This document shows positions 45,694-55,200 of a stretch of DNA of 64,000 nucleotides, in pieces; position 1 is the stretch's first letter; every line of letters starts with the position of its first letter. The stretch is from a virus: positions 1 to 64,000 of IMG/VR virus record IMGVR_UViG_3300030099_006944, one strand, 5' to 3'. A program made the translations under genes and the position numbers. The notes beneath the pieces are model-generated. The model worked only from the letters and a program-made list of their open reading frames with translations. It made no database searches and was not told the DNA's origin.

Positions 45694-46063
45694 AACATGG
45701 CTCATAATCGCTCTGGTGTTTTCAGTGGCGACCAATATATTTTTAGTCTGGTTTTCTCGTTTGCAAAGCGTAAAGTTAACGTACGTCGCGACAAACATTG
45801 GAGATCTAATAGATATGTTGGTTGGCTATCGAGAACATTTGAGAAAAGTATATGGAATGGAAATGTTTTATGGAGACGAAACATTAGGTAACCTAATGGA
45901 TCATACACGTGCGCTCATAGAAATAATCGATCAAGAATATCAAGATATAACAGTAATATCTGAACCAATAGAATTACAAGAGACAGAAGAATATGAAGAA
46001 AACGAAGAAGAAGTCGAAGTCAAAGATGTACTTTACGCAGGAACACGAAGACGCGATTCTTAA
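45683..46063 (+). CDS. Single-TM coiled-coil protein
   Basis: N-terminal TM; acidic tail. Confidence 0.65.
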   Translation: MTIETWLIIALVFSVATNIFLVWFSRLQSVKLTYVATNIGDLIDMLVGYREHLRKVYGMEMFYGDETLGNLMDHTRALIEIIDQEYQDITVISEPIELQETEEYEENEEEVEVKDVLYAGTRRRDS

Positions 46064-46685
46064 ATATTGTACAACAGATGACAGAGCAGAGAAAGAAAGA
46101 CTTTACGAAAACTTAATACAACCAGCCTTTAATCAGATGGTCGACAAGATTGTGTTTTCATATAAGTTCACTTCTTTACCAAACATTGATGAATTACGAA
46201 TGGAATGTAAGGTGTGGTTAACAACGATCTTGGATAAGTACGATCCAAATCGCGGTTCAAAAGCTTTTTCGTATTTTAGCGTCATCACTAAGAACTGGTT
46301 TATACACAAAGTGAAAAGGAACACCAAGAGGCTTCAACGTGAAGTGCCTTATGAAGACGCCGAACTGGAAGTTGAATCTACATTTGTGGATCCCGGAGAC
46401 CAATATTACCAAGAGCGCGTCAAGAAAGAATTTTGGCAAAATCTTTGGGGAGAAATAGAATCTTGGGAAGTTGATTACGAGAAGGAATCCGAGAAGAAAG
46501 TATACGAGGCTGTTAAGATAATTTTGTCTTCTGTTGATGAGATAGAGATTTTTAATAAAAAAGCTGTTTATTTATATCTCCGAGAAATAACCGGTATGAA
46601 CACAAAACAAATAGTGACCCAACTAAACAAGATGAGAACCAGATATCGCGATTTTAAAAAAGACTGGGACGATGGGAAAATTTAA
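45993..46685 (+). CDS. Phage sigma factor (gp55-like, sigma70 family)
   Basis: Region 2-like LDKYDPNRGSKAFSYFSVITKNWF; C-terminal HTH-like EITGMNTKQI; sits before structural genes. Confidence 0.65.
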   Translation: MKKTKKKSKSKMYFTQEHEDAILKYCTTDDRAEKERLYENLIQPAFNQMVDKIVFSYKFTSLPNIDELRMECKVWLTTILDKYDPNRGSKAFSYFSVITKNWFIHKVKRNTKRLQREVPYEDAELEVESTFVDPGDQYYQERVKKEFWQNLWGEIESWEVDYEKESEKKVYEAVKIILSSVDEIEIFNKKAVYLYLREITGMNTKQIVTQLNKMRTRYRDFKKDWDDGKI

Positions 46686-46704
46686 GTAATTTCTAATTAT
46701 TCAT

Positions 46705-46992
46705 ATGAAGAGTAAAAAACACATAGAAAAGGCGATTAAAAATATAGAGGACGACCGAGAAATAACTCGCGAGTTGTTAGATGATGCGATTAAATGGCTA
46801 GCTGTTGACGATGCAAGGCACAAAGAGATAGGATTGACTCTTGCGAAATATGTGGAAACATTACAAAGATCAAACGAACAGTTGGTTAAGTTATGTGGCT
46901 TAATGTCAAAGCAGGAATCATCTGATGAACTCACTGATAAAGATTTCGCTCAAATCTTTGATCAAATTCAAAAATCGGAGGAGGACGAGTAG
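46705..46992 (+). CDS. Helical hypothetical protein
   Basis: CTAATTA 12 nt upstream. Confidence 0.65.
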   Translation: MKSKKHIEKAIKNIEDDREITRELLDDAIKWLAVDDARHKEIGLTLAKYVETLQRSNEQLVKLCGLMSKQESSDELTDKDFAQIFDQIQKSEEDE

Positions 46993-48269
46993 TGCCAAAA
47001 GTAGGTAAATCATTTGTTAACACCAACTTTCATAGTTTATTCAATAATTCAGATTCTGATTATTTTGATTATACTATGGCTAATATCCAAGATGCTTTTT
47101 TCAAAACATCGATGAACACCGCAACAGAGGGAAAGTTTAGAGCTATCGTTCTGTCTGGTCTTTTTAGCCCGGGAGAGAATACTGGGTTTTCTCATGAGTG
47201 GACAGATGCTAGAAAAGTTGTAAGAACAGATGGTCAATTTTTTCAATGCATTGTTAGGCCTTTGGGGGTGACTGATGGGGTTATATTGCCTGACCCATGT
47301 GCTCCCAATCTAGACATACAGACTAGGAGAAAATTGATAGAGATGCACCCGTGGGCCACATCAGAATGGTCCATCGAAGCAACCGGTCAAGAATTTCCAC
47401 AATTGTATCCGGGCCAAGTTATAACTTGTTATTATGAAACTGGTACAATTGGAGATTCAACATATTCAGAATTAAAATTTGAGAACCCTACCATCGGAGG
47501 CAGTTCGAGTCCAATTAATGGACTGTGCTTGGCGGCGTTTCAGATAGACGCCTCCGCCTTTACAGGAGAAGATTATCAAGGTATTTTTTCTGGTACTAAT
47601 GCTCCAACATTAAATGACATTGGATCTGACATGGGTGACTACGAATCGGATATAGGCGCGAGTGATCTTACCGGTACAGACGATGAACACAAAAACAACG
47701 AAGTGTGGCCTCTTTATGATAGTGATTCAACGATAAAAAACAAGGCGCAACATGCTCAATATTTTGCTACTATGCATCCCACTTTTGTGAAATTTTGTAA
47801 AGCCATAATATATGATATACATAAAGTTTTAGGCGGCTGGGTTAATATTAATTCTGGTTTTCGCACAATAGCAGAGCAAGACGCAATGCGCGCAAAGTGG
47901 GACAAATGGAATGCTGAAGGAAGAGTGGGTCCCAAACCGTATGTTGTAAGACCAGTCGCAGGAGGCGATAGCAAACACAACTATGCAACTGCTATGGATT
48001 TCAATGTTTGGATTGGGTCCAAGATGTATAGAGGCGCAACATCGAAAGAAGAATGGATAAATAGCGGGGTTCCTACAATTATAGAGCATTATGGAATGCA
48101 ATGGGGCGGTCACTTCAAAAGTGGTTATGATCCCATCCATCTTCACATGGAAATAAAGAAATCATCCAAAGACGCAATCAAAGCAGCCACCGGAGACATA
48201 GTTTCTCGTACAGAGGCAATCGAGAAAATAAAAGACATCGCATTAGAGTGGAAAGCAACGGGTTATTGA
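46992..48269 (+). CDS. Baseplate hub-associated protein with C-terminal M15 peptidoglycan peptidase
   Basis: SGFRTIAEQ; SKHNYATAMDF; WGGHF..DPIHLH; position in the baseplate cluster. Confidence 0.75.
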   Translation: MPKVGKSFVNTNFHSLFNNSDSDYFDYTMANIQDAFFKTSMNTATEGKFRAIVLSGLFSPGENTGFSHEWTDARKVVRTDGQFFQCIVRPLGVTDGVILPDPCAPNLDIQTRRKLIEMHPWATSEWSIEATGQEFPQLYPGQVITCYYETGTIGDSTYSELKFENPTIGGSSSPINGLCLAAFQIDASAFTGEDYQGIFSGTNAPTLNDIGSDMGDYESDIGASDLTGTDDEHKNNEVWPLYDSDSTIKNKAQHAQYFATMHPTFVKFCKAIIYDIHKVLGGWVNINSGFRTIAEQDAMRAKWDKWNAEGRVGPKPYVVRPVAGGDSKHNYATAMDFNVWIGSKMYRGATSKEEWINSGVPTIIEHYGMQWGGHFKSGYDPIHLHMEIKKSSKDAIKAATGDIVSRTEAIEKIKDIALEWKATGY

Positions 48270-48270
48270 A

Positions 48271-49281
48271 ATGGCTAAGATTAAGAATGTTAACAAAAAA
48301 AATGTGGTCTCAAACCAACCCCTAGGGGAATATGCCCGAAGTGGAATTAGACATGGTATTGCGGGAACCGAAATAGATGAAGCGATCCCAACATACGAGA
48401 GTGCCCCTTCTGAAAAGATAATATCCGGAAAAAGCAACTCTATGATTGTTTTTGGTCGTGACAGACCGTCTGTACGAATGTCTGGCTATGGTGGTCGAGG
48501 AGGTACCCAATGTGCCAAGATTGATCTAGTTTGTGGTCTGGCATCTTCAATGACAGAAGACGGACCTCCCGGATCAGATACGGTTGTTAGTCCTAATTTT
48601 GCTCTCGACGCTAGCAGAATATATATATCACAAAGGTCGGATATAGATGCCTACATGGGTATTGCGTCCACTATGGATAGAGACGACAGTAAAGCATCCT
48701 CTGCTGTTGGTATCAAAGCTGATTGTGTTAGGATTTTTGGACGAAAGAATATAAAAATAGTAACCGGACACTCTAAGATGGAAGGTTTCGGGCCCGATGG
48801 TGAACTTACCGCCGCCGGCGGAATAAATGAGGTGCCGGGTACCATAACTTTTATAGCAGGAAACTCCGCCGAACCAGAGATGAAAGAAATGTTTTTGTAC
48901 GGTACAGACCCACGAAAACAAAAAGTACCTTTCGCTGTTAAAAAAATAAACCCTTTGGTCCGCGGAGATATGTTGCGAAAAGCCATTGAGGAACTTATGG
49001 ATGTGATGAGCGAACACTTGCAGTATACAAATCAATTGGCCCAAGAATTAGCATTCTTAGGAACAGCATATGCTGCTGGTCAACCAATCCTGCCCGGCGC
49101 GCCACCCATACCATTGCCTCCCTTGACAACAGCACCAGTTGGCCAAAAAGTAGCAGGAAAATGTACAGCCATGATAGGTGCTCTACCAATGTTAGATGTA
49201 AAAATGAATTGGTTTCGGCAAAATTTTCTTACAAAAACATCTCCACTCTATATTAATAGTAAGCATGTATTTACAACGTGA
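48271..49281 (+). CDS. Putative gp5-like baseplate spike/hub protein
   Basis: IVFGRDRP..IDLVCG..DASRIYISQ beta-rich segments; position. Confidence 0.5.
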   Translation: MAKIKNVNKKNVVSNQPLGEYARSGIRHGIAGTEIDEAIPTYESAPSEKIISGKSNSMIVFGRDRPSVRMSGYGGRGGTQCAKIDLVCGLASSMTEDGPPGSDTVVSPNFALDASRIYISQRSDIDAYMGIASTMDRDDSKASSAVGIKADCVRIFGRKNIKIVTGHSKMEGFGPDGELTAAGGINEVPGTITFIAGNSAEPEMKEMFLYGTDPRKQKVPFAVKKINPLVRGDMLRKAIEELMDVMSEHLQYTNQLAQELAFLGTAYAAGQPILPGAPPIPLPPLTTAPVGQKVAGKCTAMIGALPMLDVKMNWFRQNFLTKTSPLYINSKHVFTT

Positions 49282-49289
49282 GGTAAACA

Positions 49290-52200
49290 ATGGATAAAAA
49301 GTTCTCAGATTTTCAAGAAAACTCTTGTGACGAACGTCAAACAATAACATTTAAGAAAAAAGTAAACCCTTGTCCTCCGTGTACACCGAATCCGGACTAT
49401 TTTCTAGAAAAAAATTGGTTTGAAATGGAAGAACCATGGTTAGATCAATCCACATGTAGATACAACATTCGAATTAGAAAAAGTGATCTGGAACGCGATT
49501 TGAGCCAAAGAGGCGATTTCAACGGTACCCCAACTGATCAGCAAAAGATACGTTTCGGAATTAGGGCTTTATTGGCACACCATAATCGACTAATAGCGGA
49601 TGAGACTGTGTGTGGTATTGGTGGTTGCATGACTAGCATCGATGACATAAAAGAATTCAGGGAGTCAATAAGAGAATATCAAACAGCCCTAGGGCAGTAT
49701 GAAGCAACAGAATCTACGCAGGAATTATCTGTCGCTGGCGCAGCCGGTGCTGGTCTCCTTGCTGCTTTTGGTGTTGGTGGCGGTTGGGCTGTTTTTGGAA
49801 CAGCAGCCCTAGCCGGAATCTTAATAGACAGTCTCCATGCAGCTAGAATGATGACAGCGAGAAATGAAAACTTCTCAGAATCTGAACTTGAAGATTTAGG
49901 TTTATTTTTGAGGAGTTATTTAGGCACAGATTTGTCATATAGACTGGACAAGTTATCTGCTCTTTATCCTCAAATACACCCTTTTGCCTTAGAGTGGCAT
50001 GCCAAACTTGAAGCACAACACATGACAGAAGCAGGTCTAGTTTACTACAAGATATCCGTACCTGCCTTAGATTTTCATCGGATACCAGAAAATCCAATTA
50101 CAGACACCACCGAAGAGACGGCTACAAATGCTATTCAACTTAACGATATCATCATCGATGGCCCCGATTTCATTGAAGATATGATCAAGTTGAAATTTGC
50201 CCTGCAAGCATATGAATTTTATTATACGGCATTTCAACATGTTGAAAAGATACAGATAGTACAACAGGAAGACATAACAAAAAGATTGAGCTACAACGCA
50301 GCAATAATGACCTTGGGATCCTTCAAAAACACCCTTAACAGAGTGTTGAGAAAAAACGGCTATCAATCATTGAACAGCCTAGCGGATTTCTTCACGGGAA
50401 AACCTTTTGCCAATAAGATAAAATTTAGGTTCAACATAGAAGACGATAGACCTTTTAATCTAGCTAAAAACGAGAATGGACAATTTGAGGTTTATGTTCT
50501 GGGAGGTGATTGTCCGGATTTTGTATTGTTAGAGGGTACCCAAGAATTAAATAATCCTAGATATATAGAGGCATATGGTTTTCTGAGTAGAATAGATGAT
50601 ATAATGTCCGATTTAACCGCTGAAAATACTCGACCATGGCTTGAATTTACATTAGAGTATTTTTATCCAAAATATGTTGTTGACTATGGTTTGAATTCCG
50701 GAGAAGCTGATGAAGAACAACAAAATGCTTTGCTTTGTTTTTTAGAGAAACAATTGGGCTTTGGCGACGGCGCCTTTATAAACAGTTTAAGTCAATCAAT
50801 CCTATCAGCATTTGATATTATGAGGGACGATTTTGTAAAAAAATCATGCAAAAAAGAAGACGAAGTTTCAGAACACACGTGGTGGTTCAAGAAATCAGAA
50901 GAACAAAAAGAGGAAGAAGAAAGAAGAAAAGACGCCGAACGCCGCGCAGAGATGATATCTAGACTGGAAGAGAGAGAATATAAAAAATTAATTAATGAAG
51001 AGATAAGAAAAATAGAACAAACACAAGAGTGGCTAGCAACACCAGAGGCTGCTTCCGGCCAGCGACCTACTGAGTCCACCGTGGAATCTTTTACCGGTGT
51101 TTCTTTGGGTGTTTATCGCGAAAGAGCAAACATCGCAGCCAACAAGGCGTATGATGATCCGCAATCTTGGGCCGATAATAAGCCATGGGTTCATGACGCC
51201 AATATGGCTGCTATGGAAACTATTGAAAAAGATCTCTTGCTAATAAATGAAGTAAAAAAATACTTTGATCCGGCTCCTAGCAAAGATGATTTGTTGGATT
51301 TGGTTATTTCGATCGGAATTTGTGGTAACTCAAAATTAGTGGATAAAGCCATAAAATGTTTAACAAGTGGTTTGACAATTGAGGATATATTAGAAATAAT
51401 GGTTGAAAAACTGTTCTCCTCTATGAATCTCCGTTTTGTGCCTAGGTTCCTAAATGGTCTACCTTTGCAAATAAGAGATGATCTGAATGATATTTTGTTG
51501 CAAGAGTTTGGAGTAGAAGACATAGTACAGTTGTTGATGGCAAAAGTAGAATCTGGTAATTTAACTGTCGGCGATGTGATGGGCGGAGACAATAATAAAG
51601 TCAAACAAATATACGACAAATTCCTAAACACACCAGCCCCAGATATAGAAGAGTGGGATCAAGTATCTTTCGCATCAGAATTAGTAGGGGTGTCCAGAGC
51701 AGAGTGGCACTCTGATTTAACAACACTGCTGATCAATGTAGATCGCGATACAGAAACGGGGGTCATAGTTGTACTACCAAAAGAAGATCCGGGATACAAA
51801 GAGCAGAGAAAGCAACTTAAAATATTAAAAAGAAAAATTCGTCGATTATTAACGAAGAGCGAAATGCGTTTTATAGAAGGAGCAAAAAACAGGTATAATA
51901 ATGTTAAAGACTCTATAAACGAAGGAATTCAAAATTTCAAGACGACACAAGAAGAGCGTGAACAAATGAGGCAATTGGTCAAAGAAATGACTTGGCATTT
52001 TGGCTCTGATTCTAATGGAGATTTTGTCTATCTCAAATCTGGTCCCTCGGAAGAGTGGACGAACAAAGAATACTATAATAGCCCGTCTTATGTTCAGCCT
52101 ATGGCAGAAGTCAGAATTCTAGAAGATAATGGCGGTTGGGTCTATGAACAAGACATAGATAGCAGTATAACCTTCATCGAGGTGCCTTCTGGTAACCTTT

Positions 52201-55200
52201 TAAACACAACACTGACAGCAGACGATCCTCGGGTTCAACCAATCATTGCAAAATTTGGTATGCACCCGGGACCACCGCCCCTGCCGGAACGCACTAGGGA
52301 GTTTTACGAAGAACAAAACAAAATGATAGAAAAACAGGGGTCTTTTTTAAATATAATGGTAAGCACTAGTGACTTTTTGATAACAGCCGGAGAAGCAGAA
52401 GCAGACCCTGTATTGATTAATCAGAGACTATCTAGAACTACTGTCGGAATAAAAATTGATAAACTGATAAGTCACATCCTTTTAACGACGTATGAATTTA
52501 TAGAAACAGAACTGGGCATCGATGAGTTTTTAAAAAGAATTAAAGATCATCCTGTAACTGGTTTTATATGGGATATTGGAGAAAAAATAATACAAGACTG
52601 CCCAACTCAACCATTGTTCCATCCACCAGTGAAGGACTTTCTAAGATCTTATTCAGTAGATTATCTTTGTGATACAACTGAAAGCCCAACGTTTCCAAAA
52701 TGTGTCGTGCCATCTATAAACCCTAGATATGTAATAAAAGAGTCTTTCCTGAAAGCGTTTCAAGAGGCGTTGGAAAAAATATTAACTGATTTGCTGACAA
52801 AGTTGTTCTTAAAAGTGTTAAACATGCTAGAAGGTGCTCTATGTAAGGCATTGGGGATAGCCGGCTCTTTGGTCGTTGATGCTCTGCAAGGAAACCTAGG
52901 AAACAATTCGTGGCTCAACGCTCTCGATCAGGCTTTTTGCGGAACAGGCGATGAAGATAAAACCAGAGACCTTGCCAATAATTTGCTAGGGATAAGCGGC
53001 GACCCTTCTCAGATCAATCCGGAATTAAAAGACCAAGCTAGTCTAGTTGTGGATATAATGGGTAGAGTTGGAACGACAGAACAGTTCCTAGGCAATCTTA
53101 TAAATGCAGCAGAAGATCAAGACACAAGATTTAATACTGTTCTAGCAGAAGCTATTACTTATGTCTCTCCTAATTTTGCGCAATTGCTCGGTGATCCCGC
53201 TCAGGTTGCTGCATTCTTTGAAAATGTAGGAAGCTATTTGCCTTTACAAGAGAAACAAAGTATTCAAGATCTTCTAGATGCTGGTTTACCTTCAATGCCG
53301 GTTAGTGATAGTATCTGTCTAACAAATGAACAATTGGCGGACTGGAACGAATCCAGAATTAGAAATTTAATTAACAATGGGTTTAGTCCTGCTGAGGCCG
53401 AAAACCAAATCAACCAGCTAAACTCTTCTGCTTTAAATGCATTAGGGGATCTTATGGATCTAGCTAGGCAACTACAATCCCCGGGAGGATTAGCAGCAGG
53501 GGAGCTTGGAAGACTTACTGACGCGTCCCAAAACCCTTCAAATCCAGCTCCAAGATCTGTACCGGCAGATCCCGCTGACCCCGGCGGCTTAGATTCAGTT
53601 CTCGGGCCACCAAGAGAGGAAGACCCTAGTTGCGCAGACAGACCAATCAATCCTTTTGCAAACTATATGGCACCAGAAACTATTGAAATCATGAACTCTG
53701 TACAGGATATGCAGTATGAGTTAATAGAGGATCTGTTGGTTGATGATACGCTAGACAAAAAAGGTGTTCTAGGGCAGGCACTAGCAGACACTAATGGTTT
53801 GAATTTTAGAAAACATTCTAGAAGAACAAAGTGGAGATATCTGTATCCGGATTACGCAAACACAGAAGATGAGTTTGACGAAAAGAAAGATAGCAAAGAT
53901 CCTTTGTTGAAACTTCTTATGGGCAATAGCGCAATGGCTGTCTTTCCGGAAACTGTTTCAAAGCATCTTAAAGACAGACTGACTACGCATTTGGAGGACA
54001 TTAATCTTTCAAATATATATACGAGAGATTCTTCTCCCGAAGTTGAAGAATTTAATGCCCCGGGCTTATCACCAAACATAGAGTGGCTACCAAAGACCAA
54101 TGATTTGCCTTTGGGTAACATGCAAATGATATATGAAGAGGGTGATCTTAAAGAATCAACATATTACAGGTTTCAATTGAACAATGTCTTCCGCGGGAAA
54201 TCATTTAGACACTTGGATTATAAAATTGGAATTTGGGATGAATTTTCTGTTAAAAAAGACGAAACCACCGGACAAGTTCAGGTATATTCTAAAGATTACG
54301 AGATGAAATTTAACGAAGATGAGTTAGAATGGTATTTGAAAAATGATATATATATCCCAAATGAAACAGAAAATTTAGACGTATCATTGGATTATAGAGA
54401 GTACGCTTTCACTGAATATTTCAAAAAGAGGCAGTCCAATGCTTTTCTAAATAATACTTTATTAACAGAAGATGTTCTGACTGAGACTTATGAGTTGATT
54501 AGTAATCAAGTGTTTAAGGGAGTGGTAGAAGAGATATTGACAGACCCAGATGATGAAAATGGAGGTGACCCTTTGGGTTTTGTTTTCGGGTATCAAAGTG
54601 ATGTTCTTCCGGAAGATGCTTTCGAATATGAAGTGTCACCAGATGCCAACGAAACAAAGACGCTAGGTTCCTACCCAAATTCAAATGGAAGGGTTGTACC
54701 GTTAAGTCCTGATACGTATCCGGGATTAGGGATATCGTATTTAAATCCTCCTTTCACTATCTTACCAATTCAGCACACTGGGTGGGTTGATATAGCCTCT
54801 GCAATTCTTCCCGGTGCAGAAGGGTGCGACCCAAAGACTCCTTCGGTATTGAAACTTGATGACATCAGAGAAAGGGTGAAAACTTTGTCAAAAGATTTAC
54901 CTTTGGACCCTAGGTTATCAAAAGATGCGGATTGTGTTGATGAAATCCCTTTCAATATAATAATGGACAAGACAGCAAAAGCAGCACTAGATGGCACTGT
55001 GCGTACAACAATTAGGCTTTACGCAACAGAATATTTTCTTAGGGCAATGGGGCCATTATCAAATTTGCAATTCAACTCTGAGAACTACGATCATCATTTG
55101 AGTGATTATATATTGGAAGAAATGAAGAGGACTATGCTTGAATCCGGATCACGCTCCGGAGCTAGAAGAATCAGGATAAAAAGACAAAATTATTGGTATA

